This document shows, one piece after another, positions 43,732 through 56,396 of a stretch of DNA of 64,000 bases. Source of the stretch: Tubulanus polymorphus (Eukaryota; Animalia; Nemertea); assembly GCF_964204645.1 (NCBI RefSeq), contig NC_134025.1, positions 10,974,001 to 11,038,000 of the forward strand, in the 5' to 3' direction. The notes under the pieces were generated by a model. That model saw only the letters and a program-made list of their open reading frames with translations. It did not search any database and had not been told where the DNA came from. The position numbers were made by a program, and so were the translations under genes. The stretch's first letter is position 1; each line of letters starts with the position of its first letter.

Positions 43732-45439
43732 TAAATGTATGGCTTACAAATACCAGGCATTAGACTGATTATTACCATAGATCATCCTCACATAAAAAAT
43801 ATGATCGGAGGTGGTGGTGAATTCATCAGTAACGGAGATATGTGCCAGAGGCGCCATCTGTGGTCATCGTTGTCGCACCTTTGTGTCCGCGCGTTAATTA
43901 ATCAGCATTACTACTGCGGATTTCCTGAAATCCCCGGGTCAAATGAACGTAATTATTTTCCTTCTTGTATATCAAACAGCTGTCCAGAATTAACCTGATT
44001 GCCGGCTAATGATATCAATCCATATGCAATCTGCTGGAAAGTGACCGCTTATCCCCTTGGCTGGACATCAAAAGCCGTTAAGCTGGCCTGTATAATTACA
44101 TCACCGCTGATGGCTAACCAGTGCTGATCGAATGCTACGACATCAAAGTGTCAACTGCTTATACGGCCTCTCCGCTCGCCGGCTTTCATATCCTGTGTCC
44201 AGTAATTTCGTTAAGCGGATCGGGTTCAAAGAGAGAGAAGGTGTACGTTTCCTGTGGCGGTCGGGGAATCGGATGATCCCCGGGTCAGCGCTTCAAAGGC
44301 GCAATTTTTCCGGCCTTATCGTATTTCTTCAAAGTCCAGTTGATTTGAGTGGTTCGCGCGCTCTCGGATATAACTTCCTCGGCGTCGATTGATTATGGTT
44401 ATTACGTTGGTTGCCGTGTCGTCCTTCACCTGAGAGAGAGAAAGAGAGAGAGCGGGTATACGCGGGCAGTTTTTTTCCATTCCGGTCAACTTATTTCCGG
44501 CGGCATGGTGTAGCGTTCAAACGCGCGCTGAATGTTTTTCGCGCCTTACGGTGCATCCGAGCGATGCATAACGCGTAATTGAGGTCACTTTCATCCAAGT
44601 AATGAAGGTGCGCCGAGGAACTGCTCAACCGAAATGGGTAAAAAATGTCGGGTTTAGAATCGTCTTTGTTGTTTCAACTGTTTTCGTATACGAAATACCA
44701 ATAACCGCTTTACGTAAAGAAAAATCATCACCAATTTCCTAAGATACCAATTCAGACCTACAGAAATGTCAGAAAAAAAATCCATTCTGTGAAAACGTTT
44801 TTTTTGAAATAGAAAGACGCACACATTTGGACCTCATTGAGAAACACGTTGTTTCAATTGTGTGAAATTATGATTCTGTTCGATTCTATTTGAAAGGAAG
44901 TAGATCATTTTTATCGAAACTATTAGACAGACAAGATAAGTAATATTGTTCCCTTTATGTTATGCTTTTTCGTTTTCCTAGCTGTGTTTGAGTCAGATAT
45001 TGGGTTAAAATTCATCTAATAATTTTTGACTGAAATATTGTCTTGCTCGAAGTCAGAAAACTTCATTGGAAGAATTCATATAGTTCCATGAAAGGTACTT
45101 GATGTCTGTTGTCCCTATTTCGAGGCATGTTGTCTACCGAGTCTCTACCGAGTAGCTCATTTTTTCATTCATACCATTACGAAACAATCATATTGATATG
45201 AAATGAAAAAAACCATTTTTTCTGACCATTCTTAGTGGTATTAGGATTACATAGCGGAATTACATAGTTACAAAATAATGAAACGGTCTAAGATCAGATA
45301 AGATAATGGTAAATAATTTTTTTCATACGTATATAAGCTATGATAAGAAATTACATATCTGAAATACATAAAATATAGACGTTATTATAGGATGAAACCA
45401 ATTAATCATCCAATTTCTTCAATCTTCCATTGGCTCCTG

Positions 45440-45790
45440 CCACCTTGCGGTCAGTTGGTCAAGTTTCCAGCTGTAGGCAGCGTATAAACGGTCATTCATT
45501 CGCGTTATAAATCCGATTAAATGCTGGTTTCATGTCAATATTAGTCAATAAAGGAAGTGTGTCGCCTTTAGCTACTTGACCAATAACTGACCATTACACT
45601 GCACAAACAGATTTATGGATAATGACAAATGTCGTTATTGTACAACACCACCCTCCGGGGGATCTTTGTTCAGCCGATATAATCCGGTTTTCATTTACCA
45701 GACATCATCCGTTGAGCGTGAATACATCGCTCAGAGCTGTATTGACCAATGACTGACCACATCAAATGGCCAGTTGACATTGCAAATCTC
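45440..45790. promoter_or_regulatory. Candidate enhancer with repeated TGACCA direct repeats
   Basis: TGACCA-N5-TGACCA at 45577-45593 and 45743-45759, and CGGTCA-N2-TGGTCA at 45448-45461. Confidence 0.35.
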
Positions 45791-47359
45791 ATTATCCGCG
45801 TCGTTTAATATCGGCCACGACGGCGACGGTGTTGGCTACTTAGTCGCGGGATTGATATTGATGTAGAAATGATGCTCTAAATGGACTAGTGGATAGCCAC
45901 TTAATCACAGCTGAGCGGTCAGTGTCGCGGCGAGAGCGATGCTGGCTGCAGGCGGTTATGACCACTTAACCACTGAGTTGTCGCAGGATTTGTGCTTTTC
46001 TCAAGCGTCTGTAAATATTGACACCGGGCTCTTCAATGATATCTTCAGGCAATGATAGACCAATAGAGAGCCGCTGATTATGGAAATGGTCAGTGCGCTA
46101 TTCTCCGCTAGCATTTCATTTGTATATCTATTAGGTATTCGAAACCAATTGCAAACCTGCGGGACAAGACTACACTTATTGGTAACCTCCAATAAAGCTA
46201 ACCGACTGTTATGCTCAATATGTCTTGGGCCGGCTCAACTTTACATTTCTCTACTGCAAAGTATCCATAACCTTTGCGGTTTCAATATATAGATTTCTGC
46301 CTACAAGACATTTTCGTTCAAATCATTGCAATTTCTCTTTCCTTTTTCGATACTAACTTTTATTTCGCTTCAAAACACTGTATATCATCGACGTTTCAAA
46401 AAGCGAACATGTATAGGGCCGTGTCTCGAGGAAAGAAAACGGTTCGGTGTTGAATATTTTTTCATTAGAAAATATCTTTATTTATAACATGGAAGCAAAC
46501 CAGAGCCATATCCAGACCGTATGTGTCTATCTTGTGGGATGGCTTTTTTGAACTGAGGGGGCCAAGTGACGCCCGATGCCAACGGCACGTAGCATGGTGA
46601 GCCAGTCTGGAGGAAATGTTTGAAATGGGATGACTTAAAAGCATTCCCAAAGCACGGTGGTGGATTGCAGCCCCCTATAGATTTTCGTTGATGATTTGTA
46701 GGACATTAAATGCTCAAACCGTAATTCAAAATACAGATTCACCCCTGATTAGTTAACAGTTTGAAATCTTCTCTTTGACCTATCATTTTATTCATTTTTT
46801 CAACGATACCATATTTTTATTTTCGTCACTTCCAGGCTTAATCCAATCTTTCATTATATCATGCATTTTGCCCACCGTGGCTTCAGGATTTTTTTAATGC
46901 AGACACAAGAACGTCCGCGTTATCTTCTTATGAACAAAACTATACAATCGGCGTAATAGGAATATGTGACATTATCCGAAACAATTTTACCTCGAGAACA
47001 ACTGCATCTTCGCCGATGCCAGATTAGGCACCGGCTTACGGAGCGGCCCATTGTTAATTAATTTCTCGTCGAATGCCCTACAACTTCTTTATTAAGCCTC
47101 CGCCGCGTTATGACCACGGGTCGCACTCGGAGGAAGCCAAGTGTAGAAGATCGCTGGAACAATGACAATTATCGACCGGTTATTACGCGGCGGCTGGAAA
47201 AAAGGCAACATCATTGACACGGGATTTGTCGATAACTTTTCCTTTGTTTCGACGTAGTTTTTGCGCCGGCAAATGTCGATAATTATCTTTCTCCTCAGCG
47301 CGTGGCGCTCAGCCGTGTGGTCACCTCGCGTTGTATAACAATCCGTCTTACGAAAATCT

Positions 47360-47443
47360 GGAGCCAGTTTCTTAAAGACAAGTATTAACTTTAACCCGGG
47401 GGCTATAACTCATTGCATTTTCTACCTGCCTATAAAACTGGCC
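47360..47443. mobile_element. Short decayed Harbinger-type MITE
   Basis: Ends GCCAGTTT...AAACTGGC with CTG/CAG-like flanks. Internal TTAACTTTAACC and TAACTCATTG resemble the 62691 element. Confidence 0.4.
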
Positions 47444-47606
47444 GCAGGTATCATTGCGTAATATAGTGATAACCATTTTTTCTGAGCCAACTGAAAAATA
47501 TTCACTTCAAAAGTATGGTCCCTGGAAGTATGGTTTATACATAGAAAATCTGTAGATAGAAATCAAAATAAGTGGACAACCTTATTGTCGACGTGGTATA
47601 TGAAAA

Positions 47607-47641
47607 CAGTTCCACAGAACTCCGAACTGTGGAACTGGGTC
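47607..47641. mobile_element. Internally deleted mini-derivative of the CCAGTTCCACA MITE (11-bp perfect stem)
   Basis: CAGTTCCACAG-AACTCCGAA-CTGTGGAACTG GGTC. The arms match the TIRs of 62691-62802. Confidence 0.6.
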
Positions 47642-48211
47642 ATACTTCGGTATCACATAATGGGAATCTAAACACATGTTCAAGACTAAATAATTTTTGG
47701 ACAACTGGCTCCTGCTGGTTTTCCAAGGACAACGTCAGTTGTAGGCCTGGTTGATAGAATCTCCCCGTCAAGCCAAGGACAACGAAAAGTCCATGGTCCC
47801 ATAGTTCAACCAGTTAGAAATTTGGTTAAGCCTATTCACTGGTTCACCAAATCCTGACAGTGTGGTTGTCTCCACAGATCTCCGTCGCTCTACGATCCCA
47901 GTGGTACATCAGACACTAAGGTTCTCAGTGAAATTCACTGGGTACTAATTGGACGAGCCTTCATCTGCGCAAACACTTTTGGAAATTGAATATATACTTC
48001 TTATTCCAACTGTTACTAATTGGACAATCGTATCCATTTGGAGTGGAGGGTGGTGTTGGGCGGGGGGGGGGGGTTGATAAGTTCCATGTACAGCCAATAA
48101 CGCAGCAAAATTCTAGATGGACCAAATTTCACTGATACTGCGCAGTTCAAGAAACCATCAAATCAAATTAATTTTTACGAATCATCGATCTCCCTGTGCA
48201 TCACGAAATAA

Positions 48212-48679
48212 GGGAGCATCTCAAAATTTCAATTGTTACTTCAATTAGAATAACTCGCGGAAGGGGGTGGGGGGGTAAAGGCCTCCCGCGGATTAATCAT
48301 GACTGCCGAACTATCGATTTATTGTGGTGCAAGATAACATTGAATTGAATTGCGGTTTCAAATATATTACAAGCAGTAGATTTAACTGTCTTTCTTTTAG
48401 ATGCTGTTGGTATTTTAGATACATTTGATTTTGTTTATAAGGTCTATTAGAGTTTGATAGCTTTTCCACTTGTAATTTTGCTATTTCATTTTTCAATTAA
48501 AAGTTGTGATCGAAATACACACTCGTGAGATGTCTTATCTTTGTTGTCTCTCATTAGAAAATCAATAGTTCCAACTTTGGCATGTGTCTAATCAAAAGGG
48601 GGGGGGGGTGGGTGGGAGGTTAAAACCAATTAGACAGTTATTCTAATTGACGGAACTATAGAAATTTTGAGATGCTCCC
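48212..48679. mobile_element. PIF/Harbinger-type MITE, 468 bp, with ~45-bp TIRs and TAA target-site duplication
   Basis: TAA|GGGAGCATCTCAAAATTTCAATTGTTACTTCAATTAGAATAACT...AGTTATTCTAATTGACGGAACTATAGAAATTTTGAGATGCTCCC|TAA. The first 19 bp of the TIRs match perfectly. Confidence 0.9.
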
Positions 48680-50302
48680 TAACGATGAATTGATAATGCT
48701 TTGTTGCAATACGTGTTAAGGTTGGCTTGGTCAATTGACGCGACTCTCAATAAATCATCTTCCATATCGTTGCATTCGCTATGCGCCAGATAATCAGATT
48801 TCTTCCGCCCGACTCTATTATGTCCACTTATGGTCAGCGATCTCGTCATAAAATGACCACTCATGTCTGAACAACGGGACGGATGAAGACGTGTATCATT
48901 CAATCATTGCGACCAGAGAGCAAACATAATCGGAAAGCTGGATTAGCCGAGATCATTGGTCGTTTCTGCAACTTGTCAACGCGATCCGTCAAATGGAAGA
49001 GATCAGCGCAAATCGAATGGACAGCGTTGTTCAGGCTTCCTGGCTACTTTAAGCGGTTGAATCATACGCGGAAATGCAGCCATTTCCTGACGCAGACGAG
49101 CAGGTATCTGAATAGAGACTTAATCTACGCGGTTCTTTTCTTGAAACGTACGTCGACAGGGCGATGTACAGTCAATACGCACGATAGCTTTGATGTCGGC
49201 TGATGACCAAGAGCTAAGAAAAGGTCATCGCGCGCGGAGATGACAGAAACGGCTCATCGTCGTTGATTTCCTGTAGCCGCAGTGCGCGCTCTGAACGTCC
49301 GCAGAAGTGGTCTATCGAGGGACAAGTCTGGTTCGCTTTGATCGCCAGGTGATGGATCCGGTGACTTCGGTTTTATTTACAGCCACAAAGACAAGCGGGC
49401 TAGTGATCATGTAGCGCATAGAATTTTTCCGTCGCGATGCTTTCTTTGATGGACGCATCAAGGGAATGTAAAACGAGTGGACAAGAGCCAATTTTATGCG
49501 GCACACTCACACAAAGGGGTTCTTTTATACCGAAGTGTATACCGTAAATGGTAAGCCGGTAACAAATAATGTCAACGGTAACCTAAAACTTAACTTGAAA
49601 ATAAAAAATTCAATCCCACAACGCGTTTATTCGCGTTATTCCTATGTAAATGTGTATACAAGTAATTATTGATTTTCGGGTGTAAGCCTAGCGCGTTCGG
49701 CTATATCAGTCATTATTGACCAATTGGTTTTTGCTTTCATTTAATTACGGCTGTCTGTTTTTTGCCGATTACGAGTCATGTAGCCGGCGCGCGGCGCATT
49801 GACCACTTTTGTTTGCCGTAGTCATCTTTGATTTTCTCCGGCGGCGATCATTTGTGACATTGTCGCCGCAATTTGCTTGATGACGGCTGATTTCTCTACC
49901 GCGAGGCAAGCCGGCCACCGTGCGCGTACATTGACCAAATGGAGCATCGGTTCAACGAAATTATGTTCCAATGTCTATAGTTATTGCATTTCACGTGGCT
50001 GAAGCAAAGCGAATATGACATTACTGATTTGCTCTGTTGGCGATGAGTAATAGCATCGCTAGCGATGTTTGTCCAGTTCTGTATATAACAAATAATGTAC
50101 ATTCCCGCCACTCTGGTTGACGGTAATCGGACTTGTATCAGCGTTTATTTTAGTCGTATTAGCCAAGATTGGAAACGACGATTACTCCGTCTTCTCCCTG
50201 TCTCAAGAACTGATTCATTCCGTAGAACTCGTAGGTCATGCGTATGCGTGCGTGTATTTGACTGGTAAAGAATGGAACCTCAATTTGGGGTTTGGTATCC
50301 TA

Positions 50303-50646
50303 GAATAGGGATTGTCCCTGTTTTGGTTGGGAGATTTGGTCTGATTTGTCTTGATTTGGTGTCTCTTACAAACCAACCACACCTGCCCAGAACGAAACAG
50401 GGGTTTTGATTTCGAATTCGGAAATCGAAGTACAGATACTTGTTAGATCGGGGGTCAAATTTACTGTAGTTTTGTTTAAATCGAAGTTACCAAGAACCTT
50501 ACATAGTGTCTGATGATTTTGATCTCAAAATTTAGGGAATGCCCCTGTTAGTGAAAATTTCGGTTCCATTTCATTCAAACAATCCTCCAACAAGCCTGAT
50601 CTGGGAAGCGACTGATTGGGCTTAATTTTGTTGGTTGCCTATATTG
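50303..50646 (+). repeat. Unclassified interspersed repeat family A, copy 3
   Basis: CACACCTGCCCAGAACGAAACAGGGGTTTTGATTTCGAATTCGGAAATCGAAGTACAGATA and TTCATTCAAACAATC are shared with 10901-11170. Confidence 0.85.
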
Positions 50647-51557
50647 TCTGATGTTACAGCAGGTGGGTACACTAGCTGGATCGTTGAGCATTGTGGAGCG
50701 CAGTGGATACAACTACTTCCAGGATTGGTGAGATGGCGACTGAGATTATCACGGGTGAATTTTCAATGTAAACTGATTTTTTCAGATTTCCAATTTTGGC
50801 GTTTCGAAAATCTGTTATACACAGATTTCCATTCAGCCATGCCTATCTGGACACAGATCTCGGATTTTGAAGGTTATCATGACCTAATCGAAGCTAATCA
50901 AGAACTGTGGGACTGGATAGTATATTCAAGCTTCCACCGGAGGATCGAGACTCTCCTCGGTACGAGTATAGGCTATTATACAACTGATTTCCTCGCTAAA
51001 GATGCTTATTATTGCTGCAATTGAAGTGGACTGAAATCAGTCTTGAATTATTTCACCCTGTCGTCGTCGTAGTCGTTGTTTAAGTGGCCGAGTTAAAGAG
51101 CATTTCGAAATGAAAGCACCATGGCAACACTGGAAAAATCGTATCGGTGGAAATAAAGGTCGTCGGTTGATCCCGACATGATATGGGCTGTGACAGATTG
51201 GACAGTGTAATCGGTGGAATGAGGTGCGCGGGAAAATCTTGAGCATCTTATGATTGCTCTTGGGTTCATGCCACCGTGGAGTAACCATTTGAAAATGATT
51301 ACTCCAAGATGCCACTGTATATGTAATAATTATGGGTGGCTAAATGTTTATACATATATGTTGCCTTTATCTCTCGTGAACCGAGTGGCCCGCGATGGTT
51401 TCATTATCATTATCTACATTCACCCCAAGAACGTCTGACGTTTCCACAGGATCATGTTGTAAAGCACAGTGAATACACCCACTTCCAGGACTGGCTGAAA
51501 TGAAGTAAACCAGACCATGCGATGATATGAAGGACAAATATTTTTGTTTTCAACATG

Positions 51558-51673
51558 ACAATCAGATCATTTTGTCACAGGTTTTTGCTGTCGACAATCA
51601 GACCACTTTCGAAGGATTTTTGCCATTTCGACAATTAACAATCAGACCATTGTCAACGGTTTTTGCGCCGACA
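51558..51673. repeat. Degenerate minisatellite, three units of ~36-44 bp
   Basis: ACAATCAGA(T/C)CA...TTTTTGC...CGACA repeated three times. Confidence 0.7.
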
Positions 51674-52244
51674 GTTAAGTCACGTATAAAGGTGCAGCGA
51701 TCGTGAACTGGAGAGGTGCTGGGTTTGTGAGGTACAGAGGAGGTGCATGAGGTTCAGGCTATAGATGGAAGATTGCTTACCTGAACCGGGATCAAAACCG
51801 GATATTCCTATAGGGACTATCTATACCTTCTTGTTCATCGATTCATTCGAATTAGTTGGGCAAACTTCTATAAAGAGTTAAAAGCACAGCCTCAAATGCA
51901 TCAGATGGTCGTTTAATGGAGGAGGGGAGGATGGAATCCACAGTTAAGCCATATAAGCAGTGAATGACCATTAAGTGGTATGAGGAAGCTTGCTCAGAAG
52001 CCGAACAGTAATCTAAAGCCATCTTTGGCAACTAAAGAACAATAGGTATCCATTCCACGATGAAAAGTCATCGCAGAGGCGTCTGTATCAAAGTCATAGC
52101 GTTCTCAATGCTGTTGACCAGAGAAATACTAATTTGCTTTGACTTGGACATAGACAAGGCAATACCGATATTGCTGATTGATCTAAACATTTTCCATCAT
52201 ATTTCAATGAAATACAGCTTCTTTTGTACCTTAAGGAGTCCCCT

Positions 52245-52599
<355 letters not shown>

Positions 52600-54148
52600 C
52601 AGCTATCTGAAAATGATGAAACGAACCTGCGCTGCAATGCAGGGTCGATAAGACAGACTTGGTTATTCACAGTCTTTCCCAAGCTATCTTACGTAAGCGA
52701 AGCCTGCGAAGAAATCCCTTCAAATACCGCTATAGAATGTGTCTTGAAACTGCGAATACTGACTTCTGGATCCCCATGATAATAACATATAGGCATACAT
52801 GTCACTCAGTTTTCAAAATGCTGCGTTCTGGTATATCGCGATTTGTTCGACAGCGGAAACCGGCGACAGTGATTTATCAGGTCGAGCGCACTAGTAATTT
52901 GTCGGCGGCGAAATGGACAAAATGACGGCAATCTCTCTCGAGTAACTGCGCTTCGTTCGGTGCCCATCAGGGCAGCGCTGCTTCGCGATGATTTGCTCCA
53001 ATTTGTCGTCGCAGCGATGCCTGCCATGACACTTGTGCCCGCTTTCTCGGCGTACGCGTCGGGAAGCCTGATAGAATAATGCCCGTCTTAACATTGGCAT
53101 TGACAAATGGAACAAATGAAGATTGTTACAAACGATGTCTTTTCAAGTGTTTTCTTGTTCTTTTAATGAGATATGACTTTTTATTGTATACATGAGAAAA
53201 TAGATTCGAGTTGATTTCGATGAATCGCGCGACTCTCGATCACGGTCTCTTCGAGTGGTCTGAGTTTGACCATAATTACGCAATTAGCCAACCCCCTGAT
53301 GGTAGTAAGGCTGTTGAGTAAAATGGATGAAAATTAGTCTTGGCCGATGTTATTTCTCTCAACTTCTTAACAATAATCACTGCCTGTTTGCGATGCCAAA
53401 AGCGCTTTAAATCATTCGGAATTTTCGTAGTGGACTTAATTTGCAGTGCGGAGACTTGTCACGGCGAATTTCTACCGAGGAGAATGACGTCGCATTTATA
53501 TCCATTTCTGTTAATAACTGAACCGGGCGCAGCATTATTGAGGAGGTGGAAATGTTATCCTTGGACTGATTGCGCTGTTAATTGTCCAGTGATTGCCGGC
53601 TTTCAAGTAATCAGCTAAGACAAAGACACTAATTGTTTCCTGGGACAGTAATCATGGTTAAGAGAGCGTGTTCTGCTGCTTATATGTATGATCAGATTAC
53701 TGGCTCGGTATTAAACAGATTTTTATATACTGCACCGACTGCCAGGAAGGTTCAAATGACACTGGAAACCGAAACCTGTCCGATGCCCATTGAGTGGCCC
53801 TTTTCATCAAGACAGAGATCTGTAAATTTGACACTCATCCTCTCGAAAATTGCAACCTTTCGGATATATTTCATCGAAAATATCTAAAACCGACGGTCGA
53901 TCCCCAATAGTTGTCTTTGTCTCGGCTGCTTTATCCCATGAATTGCTTTTTCTTTTCCTCTTGATCCCCGCCTTCCAATTTTCCTAGATCCGCTCTTGCA
54001 AGGGCCCGTTTCACATAACGATAAGTTTTCTTTAGTCTTTACAACAACATGCCAATGAATTGAATTGCCAGTTGAGCCTTTTTACACTTCAATCTTTATT
54101 TTGGTCAAACTAAAAAGAGGCCGTGGACTCTGATTTCGGTTGTAACTC

Positions 54149-54190
54149 GTTATTCCTGAAGATAACTGTATAGTCGAAACGTTGACTACT
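54149..54190 (+). ncRNA. Degenerate minimal type I hammerhead ribozyme motif (Penelope-like element associated)
   Basis: Core CTGAAGA (54156), stem II T-AACT-GTAT-AGTC, then GAAAC overlapping palindromic AACGTT. The stem II closing pair and stem I are mismatched. Confidence 0.4.
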
Positions 54191-54224
54191 AGTTCAAGGA
54201 AACATTTTCGGAATTTATCATGGG

Positions 54225-54267
54225 ATGGGGTCCGGACCCCCGAGATCACCCCCTAAATCCGCCCTTG
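54225..54267. mobile_element. Right end of a GC-rich hAT-like MITE relic
   Basis: Palindrome GGGGTCCGGACCCC followed by CCCCCTAAATCCGCCCTTG. No matching left end found. Confidence 0.3.
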
Positions 54268-55393
54268 ATGATGAGACTGCTCACAGCCAGTCAGCTTACC
54301 TTACCTCGTAATGCTACTAGCGTTCTGCCATTCTAGCTCTAGAAACAAATACCAAGTGAAGCTTCTAAGACTTTACCGAGACCGATTCATAAAACTAACT
54401 TTTTTTAAAGCTAAGACCGACAGCCGCTAATTAAGAGCACGCAAGATGACGACGAGAGGCTAATTAATGATTTAGGTGACATTTTTCAGTTTCCACGGAC
54501 ATTTATTCGATCTGTAAATTCGGCTTTATGGGGGATGACGCAAAGGATAAAATATACATCGTGCTCGTTAGCGCGTGTACGAGTACTGCGACAGTGTTCA
54601 TTCATTTATCAGTGAAAAAAATCATGAAAAAAATGCAAATAATCAAATAATGCTCGTGTCGAGGGGTGTAACTGAACGAACCCCTAGAATTTTCAAAATG
54701 CCCTTAATTCAAAAAGCCAGTGTCAAAAGTTCCGGTCAAGATTTTTTACGAAATTTGGATACGATTTCATGTTTTCTTTTTTTGGAAAACGAAATGTAAT
54801 CCATTCGCAACAATCATAAATGAGACGTTGTTTAGGTTATCGAAAAAAAAATCATACTCAAGATCCGTCCTTTTTCAATAGGAACGCGCCCTTTTTCATG
54901 GTGAAAAAGTGCCCTTTTTCTTGAAAAAGAACTGCTCCTCAAAAAACCGCGGCACGGGCCTGTATAGTGCCATTTACAAGTTCGACTGCTTTTGTTCATA
55001 GTATATGCAATGGTGGCGAGAGATTTTTGGTTAATCGTCCTTCGGTCTGCTGCCGTATAGAAACCTCGATCCTGTTTTTTAATCATTAGCGGTGTTCATC
55101 AGTCAAAATGTCGTCTGTTCTTCAACTAACCTTTCATTGTAATTGTATTGTAGTCGATGATTATATGGTGATCGATTTCGCTTTAATTCTTGTTCATTTG
55201 TTTTATCTTTTCAGATTGAGTATTAGTTTAGAAGCACAAGATACCGAGTCGAGAGGTTCCCGAGATAACAGAGCCCTTCTTCAAACTGTCTTACACAAAT
55301 CACTGCATAAGTTGATAATAAAATTCATTTACTTTCTATTCATCTACGTTTCTAAATGATTGTGTTCTTGTTATCTATGAATTGGTATTAGAC

Positions 55394-55720
55394 GGGCCGG
55401 TAGCACATTCTAGGCAGTCTGAAGACCAGTCTGGACCCATGTTGGTTCCAAAGACAATTAATTCAACAACTCAAGACCAGTCTTATTAAAACTAAAGTCA
55501 TGACGGTGCAACTGGGCTTAGGGCTTAACTGAGGACTCATGAGTGCAAGAATGAATTTCTGGAATGAACTCAAGCTACTCCACGTATAGACTAGTCTCGA
55601 TCCACGCATGCACAGCCATGGCCTATAGATATAGCCTATCTATCAACTTCAGACTTCAGTTTTAAGATTTAAGACCAAAAAACATTGGCCTGTCACGAAG
55701 TCATGATTGTGCATGACCGG
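55394..55720. mobile_element. Decayed Harbinger-type MITE plus a second partial copy
   Basis: Ends GGGCCGGTAGCAC...GTGCAACTGGGC (55394-55517) with internal AAGACCAGTCT x2. AAGTCATGA..GTGCA recurs at ~55495 and ~55698. Confidence 0.4.
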
Positions 55721-56355
55721 ATCATGGTCCGGCCTGATGGCGGCTGAGGTTCTTGGTCGAGGGTTCTTCGCTGGCTTCTCTCGGTTTAGGGAAGATAAAC
55801 CTCCTCTATTACGGCAATACTCTAACGGTGCTTAGAAGGTTGGAGGATGAAAAAATTATTTCCTCGACATACAATAGAAGACTGGCCCCTGGAGTTGAGA
55901 ATTTGTGGCTTAATTTGCCAACTTCATTGGCTTCCTACGCTCAAACGTTACCTATTAACCAGTCTGTGTAGCTACTGATTACATGATTTAGATGTTTGCC
56001 TCCATCCATCAATAAACACGGGGAACTGGTCTTGTTTTCGCTCAAATTGAAGTTCAATTGGTCACACATCTGAAGTCGGTGGCATTTCCTTTTCAAATTG
56101 GCGAATTGATAGTGAAAAATGAGTCGGCACGTCGCAATCAGAGGCAAAGTTGTCGCCGTATATTCACTGCACACTCCTACCCATCAAGTGTCGTCATACA
56201 TATCTAGACTTGACAATCAAAAGAAACTGAACTCACAAATCATGAAGACGTCGATTCGAATACCCACAGAAAACATTAACATTATGTCAACCCCTATATA
56301 ATGCATTTAAAGACACATTTTAGGAAATGACGAATAGATTTAAGCCATATCCTGA

Positions 56356-56396
56356 GAATAACCCTGCTACTGCTGTGAATAACCCTGACACTGCTG
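56356..56396. repeat. 21-bp tandem duplication
   Basis: GAATAACCCTGCTACTGCTG-T-GAATAACCCTGACACTGCTG. Confidence 0.8.

Noticed and set aside
51558-51673. Short repeats with variable interiors, superficially CRISPR-like
   Set aside because: The units are degenerate tandem copies without unique spacers, the context is eukaryotic, and there are no cas genes.
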